Shown in pieces: positions 24,001 through 37,000 of a stretch of 64,000 bases of DNA. Made by a program: the position numbers and the translations under genes. How positions within the stretch are numbered: the first letter of the stretch is position 1; every line of letters starts with the position of its first letter. The stretch is taken from positions 9,796,001 through 9,860,000 of the forward strand of contig CM102289.1 in NCBI GenBank assembly GCA_046563655.1, given 5' to 3'. A model generated the notes under the pieces. The model was not told where the DNA came from and made no database searches. It saw only the letters and a list, made by a program, of their open reading frames with translations. The stretch is from Yuukianura sp. NJ FZ-2021 (taxonomy: Eukaryota).

Positions 24001-25725
24001 CTCCGTCGTCAGATTCTAGTCTGTTAGGGAATGATATTGTTCCGCTTCGTTTAACTTTTAGCTCCACTTCTTCTTCTACTTCATTGGCAGATGAATTTAT
24101 CTTCAAAGTTGTGGCTCCTGGTGTCCAACCGGCTCTCGGAATTGCCAAGTTTAACATCAGATCCTATGACTCTCGATTCTACGACGAAAAGACCCACAAC
24201 CAAATCATTTCTGACGGCTCAACTGACCCGGCCACCAAAAGAACCGCCTCGGGCGGGGACTCTTTTCGTGATTTCACTTCTTTGGTGGCTCCACATATGA
24301 CCAAAGACTCTCTCATTACGCTTGGAGTCATCGTGGCTGGAATTGTCACTCTGACACTATTCTTAGTCATCGGAATCCGCTGTACTTGTGTCCGTAGCAG
24401 GTAATTTTGTATAAAGTAATAAAGCCGACGTAAAAAGCCGAGAAGTGAAATGGTCGCAATCTAAAAACATCAGAATATAAAAAGGTGAAAAAGTAAATTG
24501 ATATTGTTCTCATATTTTTTCGACGTCATGCTTCGATCATTTGCTGTTGCGACTATTTCACTTTCGATCTTTTCACTTTTAGGCCAAATGATTTCGATCA
24601 TATCATACTCTAATTGACGAGTGTCCCTCCGTCACAATTGGAAAACCCATGCTAATGCAAACTATATGTGCAAAAAACTCTCTGCTTAGAAGAGTGGAAC
24701 GATTCTGGGGTGTCCCTTTTACATTACTTCTCCAAGCACAGACTTCCAAAAATTCCATCTCAACTCAGAAACCAAAAGAAGGGGGGGGGTCTGGGGGGGC
24801 TTGCCCCCCCAGCCTTTGCAATACATTTTCGATTCAACTTAGACGGAACCCGTGATGTTTACGCATCACGAAATTACCTTTAAGCACTAGGTCATACCTC
24901 GGGTCAAACGAAAAAGCTAGCGGATTTTTGACAAAATGTTCAAAATCATCCTTCCTTCATGTCATCGTGATGTGTAAACATCACGGGTTCCGTCTAGTCA
25001 CATGTAATCTTTGTGTCAATAGGAATGGGAGACATGGACCTCCTTCTGGAAACGGGACACAACCGCCATCGCTCGGTGCGGACCCAAAGTGCAACGGAAT
25101 TGGCATCATAGATGGCTACACTCCGTCCACTACTTGCACTCTACTGGATGCTGCATGTCAGTCGGATTCGGAGTGTAGCCAAGGTCACCATCACCATCAC
25201 CACCATCAGGGCACCATTTTGAGACCACTTTTGATGTCTCCACTTTCACCTCGGTCGAGACACAAAGTCGGGACGTCCCATGCTGGCTCAGCTTCAGAGA
25301 GCGGATCCTGGACAAGTTCTGGCGTGAGGAACGAGCTTTTGACGCCCTCTGTGCCCCAGTGCAGAGTCGTTCCTCTCTGCTCCAGTGGAATTGCGACGCT
25401 AGGAGGAGGGAGTGACTCCTCCGGAGGAAATATGATGCTGTGCCCCCTCCTCCCTCCCATCCCAATTTGTGATACTTTCTCTCCCCTCCCGGAGGAACTG
25501 GACCCTCCAGAAGGCTATGGATTCACATACGGTTCCCATGGCAACTCACTCCAACCTCCACTGGACATCCAGTGCAGAGATCAGCTGGAGGAGGAGGAGA
25601 CGCAGTTCAATGATGGTCACTATGGCAACTGTAGCCACCAACCCAGTGGCAACACTTTGCTTCCTGGAAGTACTGCGGGAACACTCAGGAGAAATCACAC
25701 GCCCAAAAACCAGTACTGGGTGTAG
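58..25725 (+). CDS. CSPG4: Chondroitin sulfate proteoglycan 4 / NG2 / kon-tiki (perdido) ortholog, 5' end upstream of window; LamG domain, CSPG repeats, TM helix, cytoplasmic tail
   Basis: Phase-consistent exons: 58-150, 958-1131, 1657-1858, 2215-2528, 2842-3018, 5580-5675, 6318-6520, 7906-8268, 8797-10025, 11410-11594, 12786-12992, 13063-13231, 13693-13914, 14494-14895, 15745-15900, 16140-16351, 17519-17603, 17682-17772, 18866-19053, 21479-21819, 22506-22706, 23016-24400, 25023-25725. LamG motifs (VNDGLWHAITI, VYLGG, GCLQNF); repeated CSPG motifs (FTQxDI, YxHDGSE, PxHG, VNDxP); TM segment LITLGVIVAGIVTLTLFLVIGI; C-terminal PDZ-binding QYWV typical of NG2/Kon. Confidence 0.95.
1879..2188. mobile_element. 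Mariner-type MITE in CSPG4 intron
   Basis: Perfect terminal inverted repeat ACAGGTTAGGCAATAAGT (1879-1896 / 2171-2188) with TA on both flanks; resembles irritans/Himar1-type ITR (TAACAGGTTGGCTGATAAGTCCC). No coding capacity. Confidence 0.8.
8405..8700. mobile_element. hAT-type MITE in CSPG4 intron
   Basis: TIRs CAGGGATGTCAAAAATAT / ATATTTTTGACAACCCTG (1 mismatch); 8-bp flanks TTGATCAT (8397-8404) and CTGATCAT (8701-8708) match 7/8, the hAT TSD length. Confidence 0.78.
13243..13332. repeat. 30-bp x3 intronic tandem repeat
   Basis: GTCA(A/T)TTCCAGCGT..TTT...ATTTTTAG repeated three times just after the donor at 13232. Confidence 0.85.
15339..15614. mobile_element. Small insertion flanked by 13-bp direct repeats, with internal perfect 25-bp inverted repeat
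   Basis: CTTGGAAGTCGGC at 15339-15351 and 15602-15614; TGACGTCACTCGTTGAAAAATACCG (15401-15425) is the exact reverse complement of 15514-15538. Confidence 0.55.
20867..20960. repeat. ~24-bp x4 imperfect intronic tandem repeat
   Basis: CAGTCTATGCCGGTTGCTTCTTTG-like units. Confidence 0.75.
24840..24997. mobile_element. Non-autonomous element with 32-bp inverted repeats and Helitron-like 3' end
   Basis: 24840-24871 and 24965-24996 are inverted copies (31/32); each holds a CGTGATG..CATCACG hairpin; the right copy ends CTAG|T a few bases after the hairpin. May extend left to ~24615. Confidence 0.6.
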
Positions 25726-27509
25726 CACTTTAACTAAAAAAAGTAACACTGCAATCACGATTTTACAAAAAAAGAAAGTTCCCAAAGAAAACTGAAAATC
25801 TCAAATTTCCATCGAACATATTCTAAATTCTAAATTTTGTACACGACGCGAGGTTCAAATATTACACTCAAATTCTTGTTATATTTATAAACATTTTAAA
25901 CTTTTGTACACACAAGCTCTATCTTTTGTCAAATGTCTAATCAAATTAACTTTTTGATTAAGATAAACTAAAAATTTAAAAGGTTTTTAGGATATTAGAG
26001 GAAATAAAGTAAGTAAGATTTTGAAAAATTGTTTACGACTTTGTTAATGTTTTCACTTTTATTTGTTAACTTTAAAAATCGTTGTTTTGTTATAACTGTT
26101 TCTCATGTTTCTACATTTTGCACTGTTTATTTATACTTCTAAAAGTTAACAAATTGTTCTGAAAAAAATTATGAATGTGGGTTTACCAAAAAAAAAGTTT
26201 CAGTTTTTTGGAAAGTGTTGGTTCATATACATAATGTAGAGTTAACAACAGAGCGACTAAAAATAAATTGAGAAGAATTTTTGAAATGTAAAGAAATCTT
26301 AAAAATTTGGAAAATTTGTGAATTTTGAAATCGATAGAAGAATGGAATCAGTTTGAAACTTGGTATAACTTTCTCTGCTTTCACCTCTCTTGGAAAACAT
26401 TAGAGTGAAACAGACAAAGTATGAGTGACGACTGGTGGTTGTCACTTTTAATTGTGCACACAAAGTGAAAGTCATGTTTAATTCCTGCTCCCAAAAAGTT
26501 AGGTTAGTTTTATTAGAGTTTAGTAGGATTTGGAATTGGGGCGATTGGAAGTGACTTGAGCATGCGTGGTTTGGGAGGGGCGTGGCTCGTTTCTTTTGAC
26601 TTCCATTTGAACAGAGCCATTAGAAGTCGGATTGGCATGTTCACTTCCCATATGCGTGTGGAGTGAAAAGGTGTTTGGACATGGACTTACCTTTGGCCAT
26701 ATCCTTCCCCTAACCTAATACTAACCTAATGCTAACCTAACTAAACCCCTCCAGGAACAGGAGGAGATGAGCCTCCGAATCCACATTATCTCTTGTCTAC
26801 ACTCTCTCTCAGTTCAAATCTCACAACACGCCTCGGTCACTGCTTTCTCCGCTCCAAAAATTTACAAAATCTCAAACTCTCAAAATCCACAAACTCAAAA
26901 TACAAAGTGAAATTTTCAAATTAAGAGACATTCAGACTGGCAGAATGTAGCAAAAGTGAAAGTTATAAGTTGAGAAAGTCTTCTCGTCAATCAATTGTCC
27001 TAATCTGGACAACAAGGATCAACGTCCGAGTAGAGGTCATGTCACTCGAAGCAACAGTGTTGCTGGAACTTTAGACGTCTAGAAGTGACTGTGTTGGTCT
27101 TGTCCAAGACAAACCATGGAAGGAATGTCCATCTGAAGTGGAGGAGAGGAAGCTGGAAGGGAGAAAGCGGGAGAGGGAGTGAGTGTCACTTAAAACTTTC
27201 GCTCTTCTAAGCTTCTCCTCCAACTGTGGCCCTTAGACGGATTGAATCCAATTCTGACTCCTTCAAAAGAAATTTGAACTTTGGAGTAATGCAAAGAATG
27301 AGGAACTGAAGTGAAAGTATTTTTGGGAAAAAGAGGATGGAGTGAAAGTAAATCTGGCAATTTGTGCTTATTTGCAAATGGATTTGTGGTGGAATTGAAC
27401 AAAGTTTTTGAAAATAGGATGCTAGAGTTGGATTTGAAAGTGACAGTGGTTAGGCTAAGGTTAGGTTAAGTTCAGACGAGAGTGTACTACTTTGAGGATA
27501 TTGTGTAGA

Positions 27510-30500
27510 ATGGGCAATAAGGTTACGACGTTCACGGAGGAGCAACTGGAGGAGTATCAGGTCACTTTATTGATTTCTCTCTCAAAATCTACCTCTACAC
27601 TAACACTTTCTCCATTCATTTGCTCAATGCAAAAAAAAAATCAAATTTGCAACGTACAACACTCTAACAATTTTAAAATTTAAAACTTTAGAAATTTGAA
27701 TGACACAAAACTTTCTATGCTTTCAGGATTGCTCATTTTTTACAAGAAAAGAAATTAAAAGGTAAACTCAGCTTTACTCAAAATTTTTGTGACTTTTGGA
27801 AAAACGTGTCTGAGACCTTGACGTGACCTTTCAAAAATTTGTGTGACCTTGCGAGTGACCTGTCTGAGATTCCTGTGAACTTTTTTAAAAATTTTTTATT
27901 TTTTAAAAATATTTTGCAATTTTGTACAGGGTGTTCAAGAAGTTCCGTGAAATCAATCCTGCCATCGTTCCGCGGACAATGACAGGGAACGAGGCCGTGA
28001 CTGTGAAGGTGCCGTGTGACCAAATCGCTCGAATGTCAGAACTCAAGGTACATTTTGGCCTCTTTTTGAAATGAAATGGAGTGTGAAATATATTGAAAAC
28101 GGAGTGTCGTGACCCAAAGGTTTCCCTTTCACCACTTTCACTTCGTCTTTTCATAATCCCACTGAAAAAGAGAAAGTACAAAAGAAAATAACTGTCACCC
28201 GCCCTCAGCTCTTCAGCTACACTCATCTATTTGAACAGAACGAAATGAAAGAAATTTATTGATCTCCTTTCTCCCGCTTTCTCCTTTCCTCCACATTCCT
28301 CACAGTCAAAATCCACTTCCTTACATTTAGAAACATTTACATAGTAATGCTTTCCTCTGTTAACTCAAATCCAATTCTACATTATTTCCGCTTTTCCACC
28401 TTGGATTCACAAATTTCTCAAGTTAAAGGTAAAAAAATTTTAAAGCTCAAAAAAGTACAATTTTGTTCTACCTTTTCTTGTTAAAGGCTTCCAGATTTTT
28501 AAATTAGCACAATTTATATTTTAAACGAAATATAAAATTCAAAGATTTTTTTCATTTTCAAAAATGAAAACTGCTTCTCTGAAACACAGCTTTCAAATAC
28601 TTGAGATTTTTTTTTGCTTATCTTCATCATTTCAGTTTGAAAATGAGTAAAATGAGCAAGAGACTCAAAAAATTTGCAATTCCAGGAAAAAATTGCAGAA
28701 CATTTCAGTTTTCTCGCCTCAATTTTTCAAAAAAAAGAGAGTAGAAGATGAGAGAAAGCGGGTGAAGATTTCTTTGCTGCGACTCACCTTCACAAACTCA
28801 AAACCGAGAAAAAAGCGAGAAAGTTAAACTGATTTTCCTTTATTCATTTTTTTTGCAAGAGCTTTGTGCCTTTGAAGCCTTGTGCCAAAAAAATTCGATG
28901 TGACCTGAAGCCCTCGCTCGACCTGCCTGTGCTAATATAATTACAACACAAACCTCTCTCTATGCCATTCCCACACGAACTTTCTCTCTCACTTTCTAGT
29001 GCCTCTTGTACTATGTAATTTTCCTAATACCGAATTCCAACCAGAGCCTCACCTAACCATCTCCTGCCAAAACTAAATTTGATCTTACTCTGATTCTCCC
29101 GCTTTTTTCTGCCCACAACGACATTTCTGAAATGGACCACATTCATTTCAGGTTTATAGGCGACATACACACACTATTTCATTAGATGCTATGTAATAGC
29201 TAGACAGTAAGAAACCAAGGTTCATTGACAACAAAAACTCACTTTTCTTTAATATGTTAAATAATACATCGCTGGTTGAAAAAAAATGAAAAAGCAAAAA
29301 TTATTACCAATATTTGTACCAATCCCAAAATTCGGTACCAATTCGTATGTAAAATTTAAAAAAATTGGCTGTCTTGTTATGAGTACGATGCAATGAAATG
29401 AAAAGTTGCAAAATCAAAGTAACATGAGGTATTATCCAACCTGGTAAAGAAAATGAAAGTGAACAAACCTTGGTAAGAAATGGTTGGAGTAATAGAGGAA
29501 AATGTGGGTTGCTGAGGAGAAAGTGGCGAAAAGGAATGGGAAATCATTATTGAATTTGATCATGCCTCAACCACTTTTCCGCTTTCACATTTTTGTCTTT
29601 TCTCCACTTCCGCCCACTTACTCTGCGTCTCTTGTACAGGAGAATCCATTTCGACACAGAATAGCCTCCGTATTCTCACGGGATGGAGCAGGAATTAGTT
29701 TTGAAGACTTTCTGGATATGCTGTCTGCATTCTCAGGTTAGTCTAATAAGCCTTTACTCTACTTTCTCTCATTTCTCTCTTTTTTCTCTTTTCAGAACAA
29801 GCTCCGAGAGATATTAAAGTCGCTTATGCCTTCCGGATTTATGGTAAGTCCAATGACTTAGGGATTTAAGGAATCCACGCCTTCAACATCTAACAACTTT
29901 CTCTATGCTGCTCTTTAGAATCTCTAAATCCCACATTCCCTCAGATCCTGATTTCATACAGAGCAAAAAGCTTCTTCGCTTTCTCCAAAAAGGTTCCCAC
30001 AGTCACCAGAAATCAAAAGTCAGACTAAGCACGAAATTTTGCAGACTTTTTCAACTTTTCTAAATATTTGAAACTATCATTGCTATTTGGGAAGAAATGG
30101 CTTAATTTGTGGAAAAATCCAAAAAAAAATTTTTAGAAAGTCGTTTTTTGTGTGTAAATTATGATGTTGCCAGGCAGAAAGTAAATGAAGGTGGAGTTAA
30201 TGCCTAACGAAATGAAGAGAATTTGAATTTGAAGGTAATCTGGGAGATGCATTAAGGTTGCTGTGATGATGTAGTGAGCCATTCATCATCATCAGACCAT
30301 TGCATTAACATCATCTATCACCCTACACCTACCACTAACAACCAAAAAACTAACTCCAAAAAAGTAACTAAAGTAAAACAGAGAGAAAGCACTTTGTGAT
30401 GAAAACCAGTTGAATCAAACAGTTGCATAGACTTCTTAATCATTCATCATTTTATTCGCCTCATTTCCTCTTCCATGAAAACTTTCACCCGATTCATAAT

Positions 30501-31315
30501 CCACACAAAAGCAAATTCACAATTACTTTTCCTAGAACTTTTTTTGTTAAATAGAACTGCTTTTCAAATAATTTTTGTGTTAAACACAATTTGCTTTGTA
30601 ATAAAATGCGTTTTTACACAATTACTTTGTAGCTAACCTTTGTTCCAAAGTATCACAAGTGAATGGACCCGAAAGTATTTCTTTGGTATCAGATGTTAAT
30701 GTTAATTAATGTTTAATGCTAATGCTTAATGTTGGTTAATGTTAATGTCTATGTTGGCATAATGACGTTGCTCAAAGTTGCTACTAATGCCATTTTCACA
30801 GCACATAGCCCATCATTTAACGACCTTAGCCCACCCAAATTTAATTTTGAAAAACAAAATTCTGTTTCTGCTTTCTCTTCTGTGGAACTTGTGTTTTGTG
30901 CTTTGCCTAGACTTTGACAATGATCAATACTTGGGGACGGATGACTTGGCCAAAGTGGTTCAGCATCTGACACGGAATGAATTGACTGCCGAGGAGATTA
31001 GTCTCGTCTGTTCCAAGGTAAACTTTAACTTATGTTAATCCTGTCTCTCGAACTTCAACTTCATCCGCCAACGACCTGTCACCTTCCCCTCCGCATCCCA
31101 TTACTCAAACTGTCCATAACTTTCTCCCCAGCCTACCTTAATGCTTTCTCCACCCTAACCAAGTTTGATCTTTTAGCTCCATATTTAATGGTGTTTGGTG
31201 TTAGGTTCTGGAGGAGGGGGATGTGGATGATGATGGGAAGTTGTCCCTCGGTGAATTTGAACATGTCATAACACGGGCTCCAGACTTCCTCAACAACTTC
31301 CACATTCGCATCTAA
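27510..31315 (+). CDS. CIB2: Calcium- and integrin-binding protein (CIB2/CIB3-like), EF-hand
   Basis: Exons 27510-27560, 27727-27761, 27930-28047, 29640-29736, 29796-29843, 30911-31017, 31205-31315. Reads [27 protein letters not shown]...[57 protein letters not shown]...[31 protein letters not shown], matching CIB2/3 hallmarks. Confidence 0.93.
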
Positions 31316-34054
31316 ACACACTTTTTAGAAAAACAAGTTTTTAGAACAAACGGATTCCAAAAATCAACACTCCACCCACACTTCTCCAAAAATAGCATTC
31401 CAGCTTCAAAAATGGCTTCAACCATGTTCAATTTTCATGAGGCGTTGACATCTCTTCAGAAAGTGGCGTTTCTGTTGAAATTACAACGGAGTTTGCCTGG
31501 AAAGTGGCGTGTGACAATTCATTCAACGTCTAAATAATGAATTTATTATTCACCTGGTAAAGTTACAAGAAAACTAACTAAAGAGTTTTTAGCACTCGAG
31601 GGAGCCTAACCTAATTACTATTGATTAATATTTGTTCTTCCCTAACTTAATTAACGTAATTACTTGGATCCTATGCATTTTAAATTAACCTTTCTTTCTC
31701 ATTGGCTTCTTACTTTCTGCCATTTTCAAAAAGCAACAATGCTCTCGTTACACTTAAGCTAAAAACTAAGTTGTTAATTAAGGGCGTGGCCTTTTTTCAA
31801 CAAAACGCTTTTCTAAATGTTCTAAATTTTAACCTTAGAGAAACAGAGGTTATGATCACATTATTGTAGATGTACACGCGGGGTCACGTCAACAAGAGGT
31901 CACTGCCCCAACGTGTGCTAAACCAACTTTTATATTATCACAAGAGAAAGTTACAAAAACTTAAGCTAAATTTAAGTTAAGGGAGGTTTGTTCTGCTGCA
32001 GGAGCGGGGAATTTGGAAATCTCTCAAGTGTTAATAATACGTTTACTTTTACTTTTGTTGTTAAGTTGGGCAAACTTAAGTTTAAAAGCTGTGCTTTCTT
32101 TGGTGAACTCAACAATAATGGAATAAATACTCAACGTTTGCTTGTTTGTGTTCAAACCGTGTAAATTTGGAAGACTGACTGTTGTTACTTTTCCATTTGA
32201 AAAAAAAAAGTTAAACAAAATTTTAACAAGAAATTTAGGAATGGGGTTTTTTGCATGTGCGGTGAAAGTTGAATGATTGAAGAAACGGAAAAAAGACACG
32301 CAACTATTGGTCCCCTCAAGGTAAAGAAAAAGAAACGTCAAATTCAGCAAAAACTTAATAATGTACAGCATGTTTCACTTGTGCTCAAAATTAACTTTCA
32401 CTTTAGCACAAAATTGCTTTTTTACGACATTGTCAATGTGAGTGTCATCAGTGGAAATGACTCATAAACGGAAAACTAGACACAATGGACCATTAAACCA
32501 CACAATGTTCGACTTCTATCATGTGCGCAAGAGTGGATTTTCAAAATCGACTTTTTCAAAAAAAGTGAAAGTGAAAGTGAACTTTGAGTTTGATCAAACG
32601 ACTGTGTATGTCAGAAGTAACAGAAAACACAAAAGCAATCAAAAGAAACAAATCACTGTCAGAGTTTTCAAGCTCTACGGCTGGAAAATCTAACATTTTT
32701 TTTTAAAAAAAAAGTTGCAAAAAGTTAGGAACGACATGAAACAGTAAAAACCACTCAATAACTGCACAACGTAAAAAGTTTTTAGTTGCATTGTTACCAT
32801 TTTGTAACATGTCAAACTCATAAAGCCTACAAGATGAATGGAAAATGTAAAAGTTTGTAAGATGAAGATCGTCCAACACTTTTCTCCTCCTTTTTTCAAA
32901 ATGCGAATTTTATTACATTTTGAAAAAAAGTCAGAGTGAAAGCTAAAAGGAGAGAAAGATTAGACATAAAGCTTTCATTTGGTGATTTGGTTCGTTTTTT
33001 GTGTCATTTCAAATTTGGAGCGTTGCCATGGAACAGGAGATGCGGAAATGGTTGTCACTTGGTTTCAGAAAAGAAAGGACTGCGTTTCCGTCTAGAAGCA
33101 TTAGCATCAGAATTCAAAAATTTCAGCCAAAAGTAGCTGCCTGTCACACTTTCATATTCTGACATGCTGCGAAGCATAGCAAACGAGGGAAAGTGCGCAG
33201 ACGTATTTCCTGCTCCACTTTGTTCCTTTACCAAAGGCGATAAGGAATATTTTGAAATGTAAAATTGACACAAGGATTTTAAATTTAAACCTTTTTCTCA
33301 TACTTTATAAAAAGTTGTAAAAAATCTCTCGTTTTTGTTACTTTTGTGTTGTACGATACCAAAAAAATTCTTTTCACTTTTTATTGTTGTTCAAAACTCA
33401 AAAATGAAACGAGCTACGTGAATTTTTTTTTATCAATTGAACAACACAGGAGGGAGTGAAAGTGATACTTTCTCTCTGCACCACAATTTATGTTTCGAAC
33501 ATAAAATCCAATACACTTTTCTCAAAATCTGAATAGCACAATGGCCACTTTCCACTGATTTAAAATTCTGAAGGAATTGGGAACTTTGTGGTTCTCTGCA
33601 GGAGAGAAAAAAGTGGAATTGAATTTGTAGGCTGCCAGATTCCTTTTTGCATCTACAAAAGTTCACTTTCACTTTGAAATGTTCAAAGCCAACCGCCACA
33701 ACCTTGTTTGTCCTGTTTTGCTGAAACACTCAAAAAGTTTAGAAGAAAAAAGTTACTTTGGTTTCCTACACTTTCGTTTCGTTTGCTAGACTTCCACTGC
33801 TTTGAACTAAAAAAAAGTTGGAGGTTTTGTCACTTGTGCGCTTTGGAATAAAAAAAAAGAGTGGGAGAAAGTGATTGTAATCTGCCGACGGTTGCTAGGT
33901 TACTAATAAGAAAGAAGTGGAGAAAGCAAGACAATAGCTTAGATATTGGAGATAATTTGAGTTGTTAGGATAGCAATTTGTTAGTTGTGGAGTGGAGATA
34001 ATGATTTTGGCAAATGGATAATTGTGAAGATAGTTAGGCCTATGTTGTTGTTGA

Positions 34055-37000
34055 TCAAGAGAACAATGCTACAAATACTCCGATCAACATTGCCAATACA
34101 AAGGCGGAGATCATAATCGTCAGGATCCAGCAAATGCAGCGTCGTTGAGCACCAGTAATCGCTTCCGCCTGGAAAAATAAACAAAAAGATTAGTGTTCTT
34201 TAGCTACTCACTTTTTCAGAATCTTCTAAGATTTTTAGAAAAAAAATTTCGAAAACGTAATTTCCAAGATAAAAAGAAAACCTGGCGAAATTTGACTTTC
34301 AAACGTTTTGAACTTCAAGAAAGTTTGACTTTGAACTTTAGTAGAAATTTGAGCTTTGGAGTTTTAAGTTTCATAAAAAATAGAAGTTTAGAGACGAATT
34401 CGGTGAAAAACTGACCTGTGACCCGAGTTCGGAGTCGATAGATTCAGTCTCATCGCTTGGAATGGAGCAACTGCCCGAGTTCCCTCCAAGGGCCCCACCC
34501 AGCATATCCATGCCATTGATGCTGACGAGAGTGTCTATTCTCCTTGGCTTGTCCTGGTTCGAAGGGTCCCCCTCATCCAAGGGCCCCCCTACGGGTGACA
34601 GGGACCGAATCTCTACGGCTGACTTGAGCTCCTGCAGCTGAATCCGAAGTTCAAACAACTCTCTAAACAACAAACACACAACAACAACATTTTATTTATT
34701 CCATGAGGCACAAAAACAAAATTTTACTTTCTCCACAAGGCACAAAAAGTATCAAAAGAGGAGAAAATAGGAACAGGTCAATCGATATTCCACTGACATC
34801 CAACAATCTTATCTGTCCCCAACTATACTTTCTCTCAAAAACTTTTTAGAAACGACCCAAACTCTCAAAAAAGAACCAAACTTTTTTCAAAAACTGTTTT
34901 CTCTTTTCTTCCTCTTGAAAATAGGTTTGATAGCCCTTAAAAGGCTCCTTTCATGCCTGTCTTTGGGGAATTTATTTCTATTTTAACTTTTGTTTGAAAA
35001 AAAAAGTCAAACGATTCAATATTTTTTTTTCTCAAAAATGTAATATTTATGGCAGCATTCCAAAGAAAAGAGAAAGTCCGACAGTGAATGCCGATCGATC
35101 TAAGAAATTGGGAGAACAATTACATCTAAACTGGGGAACTAAAAGTCGTTTAACTTCTTCAGACAAAAAACTGGATCGGTACAAGTTCCGAAATGAAAAT
35201 TTATGGTTTCCGTTACAAAAAAAATTAGAACTTTTTCAAAAAACCGCCACCGTCGTTTAAGAAACCGAAGTAGTTTTGTTATCTGCCTTGCTGTTCATCA
35301 TTTATGAAAGGGGCGGAGCCTTCATACTTGCTCCGCCTCTTTTTAACTTTCTCCCGCCAAAATATTGTTTCCTCAAGAACCTAATTTCCAGCCCATTTGC
35401 AAACAATTACGCAACGCCTAGGTTGGATATTTCAGTTTGCCAAAAGTGAAAGCAAACTTTCACTTTTGCCAAAAACACAAAGCCTCTTGTGTAAACTGCT
35501 CCTCCAAATTATCCTTGCATTAAACTTTAATTTCAATCTGCTTCAAACGCCCACTTTCTCTTTTCAAACTAAATTCAAAAAAGTAGTTAGCCCAAATTTC
35601 AAAAACAGAGCAATGGCTTCATCAACTTTACATTTTTTAGTACTTTCTTTTCCATTTTGGTGCTTCTGGCGGGCCTTCCAGAGAAAGTAGACTCTATTCT
35701 GCCTATGTTAGTCTTTGTTAGTCTCAGTTATGTTAGTCTTAGTCTTGTTCTAGTCTCAGAGTCTAAGACTCTTGTTCTACTTTCTAGAAACCTTATTTAC
35801 TTTTGGAATTAGTATTCAACATCTAGTTCTTACAAAAATTAAATCTTCCTGTTCTCTCCAGAGTTCCAGAAAAACAAAATTGAGTAGAATAATTTTCCAT
35901 CCTGTTTACTTTTGGCCCAGCAAAAGCTTTGCTCTAAAATTACAGGAACAAACTTCCAAAATTTACACAACCAAATTATGTTCAGAACACAAAATATTTT
36001 TTTTTAAACAAAACTGTTTCTCTTGTATTTTCAAAAGAACGGAACTGAAAAGCAGGAAACAAAAGGTCTCACCGAAGAAGGGCTAAAGGTTAAGCATACT
36101 TTTTAGATCCAATTCTGAACCCGGAAAAAAGACTAAAAACCCGGGTTTTGTTCGAACAAAAGATTTGAACTGGTGCCAGAGCAAGAGACCACGGTGACCT
36201 CAAAATCCCATTGTTTGGACAAAACAAAAGATTCGAAGATTCCGCGGGAACTTTTGAAGTTACCCGCCAAACCACACCCACAAATACCAAAAAGTTTTTG
36301 GAAACGAGCATTCCGCTAAAGAATTTGAACACTCGGAGGTTTTAGGCTTAAGTTAGGCTAAACCTAGCAAAAACCCAAACCCCAATGGTGCAATTAGTGT
36401 CTTCAATTAATGACTGCCTAAGTATTTTCACTTTTTCGGTTCAACTTTTACCATTTTGCGGTTAAAGTTTTCACTTTTTTCGGTTAAACTTTTGACTTTT
36501 TTTCTGTTAAAACTTTTGATTTTTTTAAGAGCCACATTACTCCCACCTAAACTTAAAATCGTGGATTTGTGTGAACTTTTCAACTGAATTTTAGCAGAAC
36601 CTTAACAAAAAGCTAAGAGAAAGTGGATGTTACGCTCAATAATTCAGAGAGCGTTTTCTAAACAGCATTTTCTGGAAAAGCCATTTTGACTCGAACATTT
36701 GGAAGTTTGAGGAGGAAACGAACGTGGAACTACCAAAATCACGCACATACAAGCTTCCTACACAATAAATTTTAGTAGAGAGCTAATTGAACGGTGGTCG
36801 TTTCATGGTCTCTAGTCGCTTTCTCAGCTTATTAGTCAACATCACGAAAGGAATGTTGGACTTTTGGGGTGCAAATGAAGGCGGGAAATTTAAAAAGTTG
36901 AGATTTACTTGGAGAGTTGCGAGGCCTCGACTCCCTCCGTTTGAATTTTGTCCAAAAGTGGGACCTCCGTGCCTTCGCTGCCCGCGCCTGCGCGTGAGCC

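Noticed and set aside
25186..25206. Poly-His runs in the CSPG4 tail (and in the R9AP-like protein)
   Set aside because: Ordinary low-complexity tracts in disordered regions.
25023..31315. Functional linkage of adjacent CSPG4/kon and CIB genes through integrin biology
   Set aside because: Adjacency alone; no sequence evidence of co-regulation and synteny cannot be tested here.
33981..34184. ORF-track 67-aa peptide as last exon of the minus-strand gene
   Set aside because: Wrong frame; the phase-0 splice gives the TM-encoding frame ending at 34055.
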